Shown: positions 24,695 to 37,976, counted from the stretch's first letter. The stretch: DNA of 64,000 bases from Octopus sinensis (GCF_006345805.1 NC_043012.1:35030001-35094000), one strand, 5' to 3'. Notes: generated by a model from the letters alone, not told the origin. Numbers and translations are program-made.

Positions 24695-24960
24695 AAGTGG
24701 TTGGCGGAAAATTCTTCCTACTTTGCCAGCTTCAATTTCTGGCCTCCTAATATCCTCCTCCGATTGTAATCCCATGGATTACTATGTGTGGGACGCGGTT
24801 GGGAAAGAACGAACTGCTCTGCCTGCAACCCCAAAACCGAGCTAGTGTCCAAGATCGAGAAGGTATTTGAAGATGTTCCCAGGGACACAGTCAGGAACAC
24901 ACGCGTCATTTTCCGGAGCCATCTTGTGGTCGTGATAGAAGCTACTTTGAGTCACCTTAT
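24695..24960 (+). pseudogene. Tc1/mariner transposase C-terminal remnant (maT/DD37D-like)
   Basis: FNFWPPN..S.DCNPMDYYVWD.V...KTELVSKIEKVFEDVPRDTVRN resembles WPPNSPDLNPMDYYVW. Confidence 0.65.
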
Positions 24961-25449
24961 CTCCCAGCCATAATCTAGTTGATATTTTTTGATTTTTAGA
25001 AATATTTTCAATTTTAGATGGGATGTTGGTTTCTTTTCCTTTTACGCAAACTGTCAAATTTACCCAGATATCAAATTTACCCAGACGAACCCAGGATCGC
25101 TGATTCAAAGTTATATTTATGCAAACATGAGAAAAGATTGCTATTGGATGAAAACGTGGTATTTTGTCTACTCAGATGTGGTTACATTTCAAGACAGACT
25201 TAGGTAAACCGTCACCTTCCAGTTCAGTAAATAAAAAAGTAAAGGACAATATAATGTTTATCTGTGTAGTAAAACTGATTTAGATACTCAAAGATACGTG
25301 GAAACTGAAATAGTTTCCTTTCCTAAACTATCGTACAAAATACAAAATTATTTGTTTACAGTATTTACAGGAATTAATTATCTGACTTTATAGTAGATAA
25401 TGATGAACTCTCTAGGTCAGCCTTCATCGATCAGAACTATGATCAAAAC

Positions 25450-25876
25450 GGATCTTTTCGGTTTGAACGGTAGTTTTTTCTAGCGGTGTCATATGAAACT
25501 GTCACCCATAATTATGACCCTAGTATCGATCTATTGCATTTCAATCTGTTTTAGGGTTGGGGTTAGAGTTAGGGGTGGGGTTAGGGTATCTTTTTTTCTT
25601 CACAAATGTTAATAAACCCAATCAGTTTCTTTAAACGAGGGACATATTCATACGGCACAGAATGTTTTTTTACCTCAATAGACGTCAGTGATTGGTTGAA
25701 ATTGCAGAAATTGAAGAAAAAAACAACAACATATATCTTACAAACCATAGAATTTTCTCAATAAAGCCAAGAGAAAAAGATGTTTTATAAACACATTCTA
25801 CCAGTATACGAAGTTTAAAAGTGTTTAGTTACCTAAAAATTATGTTAAAAAACTGCCGTTCAAACCGAAAAGATCC
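25450..25876. mobile_element. MITE with ~29-bp terminal inverted repeats
   Basis: GGATCTTTTCGGTTTGAACGGTAGTTTTT / AAAAACTGCCGTTCAAACCGAAAAGATCC, with internal TTAGGG-like runs. A partial right end recurs at about 56480-56546. Confidence 0.8.
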
Positions 25877-26671
25877 TTTATCTATGCTGGCTCAGTGCTT
25901 TATTTTGTTATGTTTACATATTAGTTTAGGTCTTTTAGGCCGCTGGCGCTGGTATTAACTTGGAAGAAAATGATTTGTTGCTGTTTCACCCCAGGTCCAT
26001 CTTGATCTTCTAGCTTATTATCAAACGCATTATAACAATGACCATCCTGATGGGCTTTTTTTTTCAGGCATAGGACTAAATTTCTTTTTTAACTATAGTG
26101 TGTGATTTGGCTGCTGTTTCTTGTAGGTCGACCGCCCACCAAAGCGTTCAACTAATATTTCAGATATGACTAATAGTAAAGCTTGGAATAGAGCAAGAAT
26201 AAATTGTTGGAAAAATTTCTCAGATTTACGTCCACAACTTACTCTTGGCAGATAATAATGAGAATGGTAACTGATCAACGGATGAGGAGGCTGCGATACA
26301 TCGATGATGATGTAATGAGTGGACAGTTTATGACATTGAAACAAGTCGTAAAGTTGTTGTGAAAGTAATTAGGAGACAAGCTGACATCAAACATTAACGA
26401 AGGAGGATTTACTAATGACTTTCATAGTAGTTGAAGCAATAACGGCGAGAATAATACAAGTAATACTTGCAATAACGATGCAAGAACAATAGCAGAAACA
26501 ATAATGATTCTTGATTAGGGTTAAATTTTGCTGCCAAATCTCCATCAAATCAGACGCCACCATCCTACAAAAAGAAGAGCATTTAGAATAATGTAGTACT
26601 CAGGATAAATAAAGAGCTAATGATCACTGCTGGAACGGTTTTGATCATAGGTATGTATGTTTGATCATACA

Positions 26672-27643
26672 GGCGACGAGCTGGCAGAAACGTTAGCACG
26701 CCGAGCGAAATGCGTAGCCGTATTTCGTCTGCCGCTACGTTCTGAGTTCAAATTCCGCCGAGGTCGACTTTGCCTTTCATCTTTTCAGGATCGATTAAAT
26801 AAGTACCAGTTACGCACTGGGGTCGATATAATCGACTTAATCCGTTTGTATGTCATTGTTTGTCCTCTCTGTGTTTAGCCCCTTGCGGGTAGTAAAGAAA
26901 TAGGTATTTCGCCTGCCGCTACGTTCTGAGTTCAAATTCCGCCGAGGTCGACTTTGCCTTTCATCCTTTCGGGGTTGATTAAATAAGTACCAGTTACGCA
27001 TTGGGGTCGATATAATCGACTTAATCCGTTTGTATGTCATTGTTTGTCCTCTCTGTGTTTAGCCCCTTGCGGGTAGTAAAGAAATAGGTATTTCGTCTGC
27101 CGCTACGTTCTGAGTTCAAATTCCGCCTAGGTCGACTTTGCCTTTCATCCTTTCGGGGTTGATTAAATAAGTACCAGTTACGCATTGGGGTCGATATAAT
27201 CGACTTAATCCGTTTGTCTGTCCTCGTTTGTCCTCTCTGTGTTTAGCCCCTTGCGGGTAGTAAAGAAATAGGTATTTCGTCTGCCGCTACGTTCTGAGTT
27301 CAAATTCCGCCGAGGTCGACTTTGCCTTTCATCCTTTCGGGGTTGATTAAATAAGTACCAGTTACGCATTGGGGTCGATATAATCGACTTAATCCGTTTG
27401 TATGTCATTGTTTGTCCTCTCTGTGTTTAGCCCCTTGCGGGTAGTAAAGAAATAGGTATTTCGTCTGCCGCTATTTCTGAGTTCAAATTCCGCCGAGGTC
27501 GACTTTGCCTTTCATCCTTTCGGGGTTGATTAAATAAGTACCAGTTACGCATTGGGGTCGATATAATCGACTTAATCCGTTTGTCTGTCCTCGTTTGTCC
27601 TCTCTGTGTTTAGCCCCTTGTGGGTAGTAAAGAAATAGAAATC
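26672..27643 (+). mobile_element. SINE pentamer: one full copy plus four 184-bp headless units
   Basis: Units start at 26904, 27088, 27272 and 27456. Flanked by a ~18-bp direct repeat GGTATGTATGTT(T/C)GATCA. Confidence 0.92.
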
Positions 27644-27707
27644 GGTATGTATGTTCGATCAGGACCAATCAGGGATTAAACAACAGCAACGAAGACAACT
27701 ATAGTAT

Positions 27708-28852
27708 TGTTACGGAATCACCCGTCGTCGCTCGCCCGAACGGCAACAAGTTCGCCACGGAACCCAAAGAGGAGAGAGGAGAGATACAACAACGACCACA
27801 ACCGCAGCAGCACAGAGATACAGAGGCACAACCCGAGAGAGACACCAAAGAGGCAAGGCAACAACTGGCAACACTGGCTTATATTCAAACAACAGTTTAT
27901 ACGACAATTACAATTGTTACAACTTCAAGATACATCAAAGCATGCACGTGACTACTCAATACATAATACAACAGCATTTCAAGAGTACAACTCAAAGCAT
28001 AATACAACATCATGTAACAATTCAAGAGTACACGTCCCAAGACAACAGTTCTTTAAAGTCTCTTCCTAAACATCACAATCAACAAGTCCTTTACTCTTCT
28101 TCTTCACAATGTCCTTTATCGACCACATCGACAGAGTCCTTGACTGTTCTTTTCACTGTTCAATACACCGTGACACATATCAATGCACAAACACATACCT
28201 CAATTCCTAATTGAATCTGCCAGTGTCCCATTCCTCTCAATACTGCTAATTCCTCTGAATACTGCTAATTCCCTTCTGTGCCGCCAAGCTTTCTCGCATC
28301 CAACTTGCTCCTAAGAATTCCAACGCTTGCTCCTTAAATCCAAGGTCCGTCTGTCTTCTTCGAGGACCGGCCAGCGACTGCCCTTCTTGACGACCAACTG
28401 CGAACCGCCAGACCTCACTTCGTCTCTGTCTTTCTTCCACTCCCTTCATCTCCCTCTGTCTATATCGCTCTTACCCTCTCCAACTGCCCTGGTCCTTATA
28501 CCCTATCTATATCGCCTGCTGTCTCTTAGCCTTTCTATTTGCTATCTGATTCCTTACTCTATCTATATTTGCCCTCTGCTCTTACTCTATCGCTATCATG
28601 ACAGCTCTACCAAACTCTCTGCCTGTCCTTCTCTCCTACTGTCAATACCCTCTCCACTTGCTCTTAGATTCCCTTAATCTGTCTTCCTCTTTCACATTCT
28701 CACTGACCCTCTTATCAACCACACGAGGTCACAGGTCATTCCAAAACCCATTAGTCCTCCATTAGACAAAAGACTGTCACATTTCGCCCAGACATGCCGG
28801 AACCATAATTCCAATGTGGGTCACCAAGACTGCACTAGCTAAACTCATAACA
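27708..28852. mobile_element. Solo LTR (Gypsy-type termini)
   Basis: TGTTA...TAACA inverted termini, 4-bp TSD GTAT (27704-27707 and 28853-28856), no coding capacity. Confidence 0.75.
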
Positions 28853-29039
28853 GTATCAACATCGATAAAAAAACATTAGAATTCCAACCGTGTTTCGTTG
28901 TCTGCTACCACAACAGCTCCTTTATAGGATCCAGTTAGCTCAAGACATCATCAGGAGGAACCACGTCCGGTTTCGGCCCCTACTCCTCTACCGTTTTGAC
29001 GTGCCCCCCCCCCCTTTCGGAGGTATCTTCAGCTCTGGT

Positions 29040-29370
29040 GTTGGGTGCATGTCTTCTTTCTTCTGTTCCCTGGCCTCTTCGAGGCTGCGTAAACTAATAG
29101 GGAGAGTACAGGAGGCGGTCGAAAAAGCCAGCTTCAATATATGGCTGAAGCGGGAAGACCGAAAATGGCTTGAAAGTTATAAACAGGCCGACGGGAAATA
29201 ACATCATTAGGTGAGACAAGCTGACTGACAGGTGACGGTCGTTTAGAAAAAGCGCGGGCTAAAACTACGCGCCTTCACTTGTCAGTTAAGGTGAGACAGT
29301 GTCATGTGACAACTTGCTGGGACTGCCTGTCAGGTGAAGGTCGTTTAGAAAAAGCGCGTAATATTAGTTC
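29040..29370 (+). mobile_element. 3' end of an RLE non-LTR retrotransposon, HERO-like, with structured 3' UTR
   Basis: RLRKLIGRVQEAVEKASFNIWLKREDRKW* resembles the recalled HERO C-terminus (..ELAEEAEKASFWLWLRR.D..W). Confidence 0.6.
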
Positions 29371-30452
29371 CAAATTTTGGTACAAGGATAGCAATTTCTG
29401 GGGTGGGGCTAAGTCGATTACATCGACCCCAGTGCTCAACTGGCACTTATTTTATCAACCCCAAAAGTCGACCTCGGCTGAGTTTGAACTCAGAATGTAA
29501 AGATGGATGAAATGCCGCCATATATTAACTAATATTAATGGCAGTATCGAACGATCGAGTCTTTATGTGGTCGCTCGACCTACAGAGATATGAACCAAAT
29601 CTTGAAATCGTGTTCGTCTGTGTTTTAAAGGCAGACATTAAGTAATGTAGTCTTGGATACAATGTGTATAAAAGTTGACGCCTTTGCCCGATCAATGTTG
29701 ACCAAGGATTAAATCACATGACAAAAGCAATAATGAAACAATAAAGATTCCAGATCAATAATAGCACCAATAAAAAAATAATAATAGCAGTAGCAACAAT
29801 AAAATAACTACAACATTAGCAATTACAACAACAATACAATAACAACTTTAATAGTAGCAACAGCAACTAGAACTATAGCATTAGCAACCGTAATTCGATA
29901 ACGAGTGGGATGTAAGAGTTACGAAATAAAGATTTCTAGCATTGTAGGACAGAATGTTGTCGATTAAATCGATCTGGGGTGATGAAAGGCGAAGTCGACA
30001 TCGCTGGAGTTTGAACTCGAAACGAAGAGCGGTAAAAGTAGAAATATGAAAGTTTTAATGCTGCTCTCTTTACCACTGCTGCGGCTTCAACACTACGGCA
30101 GAATGGCATTAATAGCAGCAACAGGAGAAGCGGTAGAGAGGAAAAACAGTAACACACTGTAATAGTAGTAACAGTAATAGAGGGAGCAATGGCGACAACA
30201 GCAGCAGCAGCAGCAGCAGCAGCAACTGCAGCAGTAGTACGAAAACAACAATAGAAATAAACATAAGAATAGCTATTGCAGCAGCAGCAGCAGCACAAGT
30301 AGCAGCAACTGTAAAAAGATGGATTTCATTATTGTTATTAATTGTGGCATCCTCATCAACAACAGCAGCACTTAATCACAGCCACCACGTTAACAATGAC
30401 AACAAGAACAATAACAGGGATGGTATTATGTAATCCGTCACCGCATTCGTGG

Positions 30453-31441
30453 TACTCCGTCGGTTACGACGACGAGGGTTCCAATTGATCCGATCAACGG
30501 AAACAGCTTGCTTGTGAAATTAACGTGCAAGGGGCTGAGCACTCCACAGACACGTGTACCCTAAACGTAGAGAGATTCAGCGTGACACAGAGTGTGACAA
30601 GGCTGGCCCCTTTGAAATAAAGGTACAACAGAAACAGGAAGAAAGAGTGAGAGAAAGTTGTGGTGAAAGAGTACAGCAGGGTTCGTCGCCCCTACCCCCT
30701 GATCGAGCCTCGTGGAGATTTAGGTATTTTCACAAAAAAAAAAAAAAAAAAAAAACACGCACAACGCCCGATCTGGGAATCGAAACCGCGATCCTACGAC
30801 CACGAGCCCGCTGCCCTAACCACCGAGTCATTGCTCCTCAACAGTCTCCGCATTTACAATATGAAATTACAGTAACAAAACCAACAGCAAATCTCAGTAA
30901 CCATAATAAAAGCAATAAAGCTAGAAGAGCCACCACTATGACAATTGGATGGATGGAAACACTCCGTCGGTTACGACGACGAGGGTTCCGGTTGATCCGA
31001 ATCAACGGAACAGCCTGCTCGTGAAATTAACGTGTAAGTGGCTGAGCACTCCTCAGACACGTGTACCCTTAACGTAGTTCTCGGGGAGATTCAGCGTGAC
31101 GCAGAGTGACAAGGCCGGCCCTTTGAAATACAGGTACAACGGAAACAGGAAGTAAGAGTGAGAGAAAGTTGTGGTGAAAGAGTACAGCAGGGATCACCAC
31201 AATCCCCTGCCGGAGCCTCGTGGAGCTTTTAGGTGTTTTCGCTCAATAAACACTCACAACGCCCGATCTGGGAATCGAAACCGCAATCCTATGACCGCGA
31301 GTCCGCTGCCCTAACCACTGGGTCATTGCTCCTCAACAGTCTTCGCATTTACAATATGAAATTACAGTAACAAAACTAACAGCAAATCTCAGTAACCATA
31401 ATAAAAGCATTAGAGCTAGAAGAGCCACCACTATGACAATT
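30453..31441 (-). mobile_element. Tandem duplication of a SINE plus ~105 bp of flank (SINEs at 30453-30840 and 30961-31334)
   Basis: Flank AACAGTCT.CGCATTTACAATATGAAATTAC...CCACCACTATGACAATT is present after both copies; the copies have diverged. Confidence 0.85.
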
Positions 31442-31877
31442 CTAAAAAGTAACACCAACAGCAGCAAGAAACTATGAGAGCAAATTTGTCACAGACACAA
31501 ATTTATGTGAAAACTATGCTGATTATTTAATAGATAATTATTTTACTGACCTCAGTGGGGTGGAAACTATAATGGACACCGGTGAGATTGAAAGTCAAAA
31601 CACATTTCTTGCTAAAAGTTTGCTTTGCTCAGCTCTCTATCAACTTTGTCAATTACTGTCTTTTGTTCAATTCTGTCAGTTTTGTCGTCCATCGTCCTTA
31701 TTTTTAGTTACAAAGTCCCAAAATATAACTAGTCATGAAACAGAAGAAGATGGAGACAAATACTTACTTCTACGGTGGAATTTGAACTTGAAGCGTAGAG
31801 TAATCTAAGCAAAATTCAAAAGAACAATGTGCTCGATGTGCTATCGACACAAGCACTCTCCCAGCCTTGTAGTTACA

Positions 31878-32276
31878 GCTTTATATATAAAAGAGAAGTT
31901 GTGTGTCTGTCTCCTACGATTTAGATTCCTAACTACTCCCACATTTTGCGGTGCAGTTTAACCAAAACCGGGTATCTTATAGTCGTGATTCATATCGAGC
32001 CCTTCTGGGTATTAGCGCGCGTCTACGATGAGTCTACGATTTAAAAAAAAATTTACCATCATTTGTTCCCATTTCAATGCATATTTTTCGCTATTATATA
32101 AGGGAAGTAACTCTCTAAAAATGTCTACGATGAGTCAACGATTTAAAAAAAAATTTACCGTAATTTGTTTTCCATTTTTAATGCATTTTTTTGCTATTTT
32201 TTGGCTATAACTCTCTAAAAATGCTTATATAGTTATTTCCCTTACAAACCCGAGCAACGCTGGGCGATACTGCTAG
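31878..32276 (+). mobile_element. Non-autonomous Helitron
   Basis: Starts (G)CTTTATATATAAAAG and ends CCCGAGCAACGCTGGG-CGATACTG-CTAG|T. The 3' end is shared with 696-1080. Confidence 0.8.
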
Positions 32277-32778
32277 TTAATTATAATTTAACTGCAGTCA
32301 TAATAATGTTTTTTTATTATTATTGGAACAAAGTTACGGATTTGGATAACCAGATCTGCCGATTATGTTGGTTCCCCTTTATTACTGATATTTATTATCC
32401 GCAGTAGAACGTAAAGTGAAGTTGCTCCTGGTGGGATAAAGGACCGTAAATAAAATACTTTTGGGCATTTTGTCCATCTCCCCACTATACTCTGTCAATA
32501 GTTATAACAACCGTTGTTTAAACAATTTAACTCTAGCTCTAACGTTAAAAAAAAAACATAGAAAAGTCATAGAAGAGGCATGAATGTCACAACACCCGGT
32601 CTTGCTAGTCTGAATGCAATAGATAAATACGATTAATTACCGGGATGTACTTGCATAGCGAGTGACTTGATCTGAGATCGTGTGCTGGAACGAAAACAAT
32701 TGCAGCGTGGAAGGTGTTTATAAGCCATTTAAGAAACACACAAAAACCGTTAGATTCACTTCAACATTTAAGTCTAAT

Positions 32779-32827
32779 TTGTCAAAATATTTTCGCCGCT
32801 TTGAGACCGCGACCTGTTCACTGACAA
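32779..32827 (-). ncRNA. Variant type I hammerhead with compensatory G3-C8 pair
   Basis: UUGUCA-GUGAACA-G-GUCGC(GGUCUCAAA)GCGGC-GAA-AAUAUU-U-UGACAA. Perfect 6-bp helix I and palindromic helix III. Confidence 0.62.
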
Positions 32828-34203
32828 AACCTCGTGCTGCATCTCATTAATTACCGTCTCATCGATAATACAGGCAACATTTAACCTTTAACTTATTGTT
32901 TCTTTTTTATACATAATTATGCCTGGTTTTCTTTGAGAAGTGTCATCGCCTCAGTCTTTTTGTAGCTGTTTAAACAGTCTCCTTTAAGACAAGAAGTGTC
33001 ATTCCCGAGGTGACGGCTCCATATATTGACTAAACGGTTCACTTTGAGACTGAGACGACAATTCCATCTTTTCGTTGTTGTGGAAACAGTTTCCTTTGAG
33101 ACAAGAGCTAGTTTTACTAATAAGATGATAGCTTCTTCTTGATTAGGATGTAAACGCGATTGTTTAATTACTTGTCAGCCAGCTCTAATTAAGCAGATGT
33201 GATCAAAGCCATTCCAGTCATAAGTACCTCGTCTATTTTCTTTTTCAGATGTAGTGGATGTACAAGTACCTTATCCAATGTGTCCTCTATTTGTAAGACA
33301 ATAAGTTGTGGCTTCATTGACATTTAGCTGCTGCTTCTTGCTGGACGATCATTCTGGCCGAGGCTCCATCGTTGATCTCTCTCTTTGCGCGAGTTGCACC
33401 GAGGTCCAAAACAATTCATTTTATTCAATATTCATCTTATTGGAGGGCACAGATAATCTTTCTGCGAACCTAAGGTACCTACTAGATAGACACTTGGTCA
33501 GATACACATATATTCGACAGACTTGTTTCAGTTTCCATCTACCAAATCCCAAGGATATGATAGAAGATACTTGTCCAAGGTGTTACACCGTGGGATTGAA
33601 CCTGGAATCATGTGGTTCGGAAGAAAGCTTCTTTATTTCATTACATTTGCCATAAAGGCATAATACAGATGGAAGCTTTGCGGGATGGACACAGACAAAA
33701 TGATGATGAAATGAACAAAAGAGATGGTTAGAGGGGGACGCAGCCAATGCCCGCCGATTGTTACTTCCCGATAACATTGTTCTTTTTTAAACAACACAAA
33801 TAAGGTGTTGAACCTCTTACAACAATTACAAATTGAGGCGCTGAGCCTCTTACCAATCAAAAAAAGGTCAGCAAATATATTCGACTTCAGGCGCTAAGCC
33901 TCTTACCAAAATCACCAAGTTCGAATCAAGGCACTAAGACCTCTTACTCTGCCTCCCCGATTAAGTCTCTTGTCGCCTGCAGTCGCAAGCTGGGGCTCCA
34001 TAAGAGATAATTGTATTCCTCCTCGGTAAAGGAATCCATCACCCTGTAGGAATAAGTTTCCTCCATGGCCTCCGCAGCCACCTGCAGAGGTGCCAATCCA
34101 GGCTTTCAATGCAGGTCAGGACTGCCTGTTCCCGACCTTCCACGGAAGAAAGCTTCTTACTACACAGCCATTCCTTTTTCTCTCTCCTTGTTTTTTATGT
34201 TGT

Positions 34204-34245
34204 GTCCCTTTCTGTAGAAGAGCGTAGGCTCGAAACGTAAAAGAC
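34204..34245 (+). ncRNA. Variant minimal hammerhead (A6U, loop-less ACGU helix III)
   Basis: GUC(C)CUUU-CUGUAGA-A-GAGC(GUAG)GCUC-GAA-ACGU-A-AAAGAC, inside a ~180-bp interspersed element (about 34156-34332). Confidence 0.5.
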
Positions 34246-34329
34246 TTTTTCTATTCCTGAGCGTTATACTAATACATCTGTTTGTTTTGTACACCTCCTG
34301 TCTTCGTCTTTTGTTTTTTCGTAAACTCT

Positions 34330-34389
<60 letters not shown>

Positions 34390-35019
34390 TATAACAAATA
34401 CTGTTACGACGAATGTAAACATTATGTCTACGCTCTATCTTAGTGGACATGAAAAGAAAGAACAGTTGTACGTACGTTTCTATTCTTGTTGGAATCTTCG
34501 TCAGCAAGATTGAATAAGTTGAAGCATGTTACACCTAGCTATCCACGAACGCGTTGCATATAAAACATCTATTTTCTAATTCTGGCACACGGGCAGCATT
34601 TTTGAAAGAAGGGGAAAGTCGTTTATATCGACCCCAGTGCTCAACGGATACTTATTTCATCGATCGATTGGTATTTTATAACCCCCGAAAGGATGAAAGG
34701 CAAAGTCAACTTCGGCGGAATTTCAACTCAGAAGATAATGAAGCAAGTGGAAAGCAATGCTAACTGGATTGACCAATCTGCATATTTAACTGCTTGGCAG
34801 CAAGATCGCACATAAAAATTACTGATGTGTGTTGTATACGGTTATGTATTTTGTTGTCATGCATTTTACAGTTGTATTATGTATTCTGGTGTATTATGTA
34901 TTATGCATTCTGTAATATTCTTCAATAGGTATTCTCTAGGATTATAATAGAAATACAAAATACAAAATGGCTGACCGTTAGTAAAGAGAGACACACAAAT
35001 AAGAAAGAAGAAAGCAAAG

Positions 35020-35064
35020 GACCACTGATGAGGTCACAGGAGTGTGACGAAAGAACTCTGGCCG
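35020..35064 (+). ncRNA. Solitary type I hammerhead, canonical core
   Basis: GG(A)CCA-CUGAUGA-G-GUCAC(AGGAGU)GUGAC-GAA-AG(AA)CU-C-UGGCC. Predicted CUC cleavage after 35059. Confidence 0.65.
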
Positions 35065-36699
35065 AAATAAGATTAAGATTAATGTAAAAGATAAATAACA
35101 CTGAAACAAAGTAACACCAAATATATAGTGCGTGTGTTTTTATTGGCTAAACTAGCAAAATGACCTTTCCTAAATACGACAATATCTGTTACAACACACT
35201 ATTTCACATCAAAAATCTTGCAAAACAAATATATAAACGTAAGAATTGTAATATTTTCTGCAATATTATTCATCACGAAAAGCATATAGATTTCATAAGC
35301 ACTACACAATGGTTCCTATATTTTTAAGAATGGTTTTGGATGCTTACAGCAGTGAAATAAGATTAAACTTAAATATCATTGATTTTTAACCACCGCTGAC
35401 CTCCAAATGAGCTCTACATTAATACAAGGCCGCGCGTTATGTAGCAGCGAATCGTCGATTATATTGACAACAGAATTTATTTTATCAACCTTGGAAGAAT
35501 AAAGGGCAAAGTCAATCTCATCTGAATTTGAACTTATATCTAAAGGGGTATAACTCGATGCCATAAAGTATTTTGTTCTATTCTCTATCGATTCGACCAA
35601 TCCTTTGCCACGAATCAACAAATTTTATTTCGTCAGAAACCGTATTTTGGATTTGTTGTCACTCGGTTCCACCCTACGGCCTTCATGCACGCGCATGAAT
35701 AAAGCATATTTTGTTTTTAATGCAAATAATCAAGTGCCATTCTCATAGCTAGCACATCTTTCCTACAAACTTCTTATCGCCTTTCTACTCTCATCCAGTA
35801 TTTTATATCTCTAGTTCTTTTTTTTTACAACTGATTCAAATTTTCTCTTTTTATTCCCACCATTTATGTTTTTTAGTAGGTGACGCTTACCCTTACTCCC
35901 TAGCACCCTAATCTTGTCAGTGTTGGATTTCTGCAACCGAATTGAGGTGTTCAATTTTCAATGTCTGTAGGACATATTTAAGTTGGTTTTACAGATCCCA
36001 ATATAATGGCTTGTGCAGCCAACTGACTGAAAACCGAAGACAAACTGTACTTTCCTTTTTCTCCTAACCTAATGAATCATCTCAGATCATTATCCAATCC
36101 TATCGAAACTTATAGAGTTACCAAACTCAAGAAATTATCGGGATATCTAAACATTTTAGAAGCAACATTCTCACTCTTCGATCACGTCGACTGAAAAACG
36201 TACAAAAAAACCTAGTAGTCATTAAGAAAGTTAATAAGAATCTGTGTAGTGGAAACTTTAGTTGGTTTTACTTTTATACGGCTATCGCATTTAGATGAAT
36301 CTGTTCGGATGTCATTTAAGAAGGGACTCAGCTTCCAGATCTCTATTCCTCAATGAAAGAAGGCACGATTAACAACTATTTATTTAGAGCAAGGCCCTTT
36401 TTTCGGGTCCAAAAGGCTTCATATCAACCAAGAAAATATCCTTCCAGTTTTCTGCATTTGACTGGTTTCTATGCTGTATTGACACTAAACGATGAAAGGC
36501 AATGTGAATTATGGAGCGACTTTGAACTCTTGAACCATAACTTCCCACTGTACATTCTGTCCGTTACTCTATAGATTCTACCAATACCCTGACCCTTTTA
36601 ATCTTTTTCCGGTATATTTCTCATCGTTAAGTTTGCTTTTCCTATTCTGTTTTTTTCCTATCTTTAATCCATAACTTACTTACCAACACACCTACGTAT

Positions 36700-36838
36700 C
36701 TTAGCCCCACCTCTCTTTCTCTGTATCTCTCTGTCTCTTTCTGCCTCTCAGTCTCTGTCTGTCTGTCTGTCTCACTCTCTTTCTCTCTCTCTCTCTCCCT
36801 CAGCCTTTCTTTCTCTGTCTGTCTGTCTGTCTGTCTGC

Positions 36839-36881
<43 letters not shown>

Positions 36882-37006
36882 ACTCTCTTTCTCTCTCTCT
36901 CTCTCCCTCAGCCTTTCTTTCTCTGTCTGTCTGTCTGTCTGTCTGTCTGCCTGTCTGCCTGTCTGTCTGTATGTCTGTCTGTCTTCCTGTCTATCTGTCT
37001 GTCTCA

Positions 37007-37037
<31 letters not shown>

Positions 37038-37125
37038 AGCCTTTCTTTCTCTGTCTGTCTGTCTGTCTGCCTGTCTGTCTGTCTGTCTGTCTGTCTGTCT
37101 TCCTGTCTGTCTGTCTGTCTGTCTC

Positions 37126-37195
<70 letters not shown>

Positions 37196-37976
37196 CGTTT
37201 CTCTTCCTTGAGAAAATTATTCTTCATTTTCTGCTCTCAACTTTTTGCCAGTCTCACTCTCACTCTCACACTTTATATACATCTTCCTCGAATATTCTTT
37301 ACTCTTCAACAACTTTATTCTTTTTTCATTCTTCTTTTTCCTTCATTCTTTTACCCTACATTCTCTCTCTCTCTCTTTCACTCTCTCTCTCTCACACACA
37401 CACTTTCTCTCCTACTGATATTCCTCTCCCAAGAACAGTTTCTTATTGGTTACTCTCCCCTTCACCTCTTTACCTCTGCTTCACTCGTTGCCATTCTCTT
37501 GATATTTCTTCATTTATAACTCTTGTATTTTTTTCTCTGTTACAATCACAATTTCTTTCTTCCTTTCCTTCTTTCTTTATTTCTTTCATTCTTTCTTTTC
37601 TTTCTCCTTCCTTTTCTTTCCTTCTCTCTTTCTTCTTTCTTTCTTCGCTTTCTTCTTTCTTTCTCTTTCTCTTTCTTTCTTCTTCTTTTGCTTTTCATTT
37701 CTTTCTTTCTTCCTTCCTTTCCTTCTTTCTTTTGCTTCTTTCTTTCTTTTCTTCTTTCTTCTTTTGTTCTTCTTCTTTCTTTCTTTCTTCTTTCTTCTTT
37801 TCTCTTCTTTTCTTTCTCTTTCTTTCATCACATATTTTCTTTCTTTCTTTCTTTCTCTTCTTCTTTCTTTCTTTTCTTTTATTTTCTTTCTCTTTCCTTC
37901 TTTCTTCTTTCTTTCTTTCTTTCTTTTCTCTCTTCTTTCTTTCTTTCTTCCTCTTCTTCTTTCTTTCTTTCTTTTT

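Noticed and set aside
25550-25590. TTAGGG-like runs suggesting an interstitial telomere
   Set aside because: Short, degenerate and internal to a TIR-bounded MITE.
26672-27643. Regularly spaced repeats resembling a CRISPR array (also 1398-2310 and 22922-23615)
   Set aside because: Whole units are repeated with no unique spacers, there are no cas genes, and the context is eukaryotic.
33300-34140. GC-richer, coding-looking patches at 33300-33460 and 33900-34140
   Set aside because: No recognisable motif in any frame, and stops occur in the most plausible frames.
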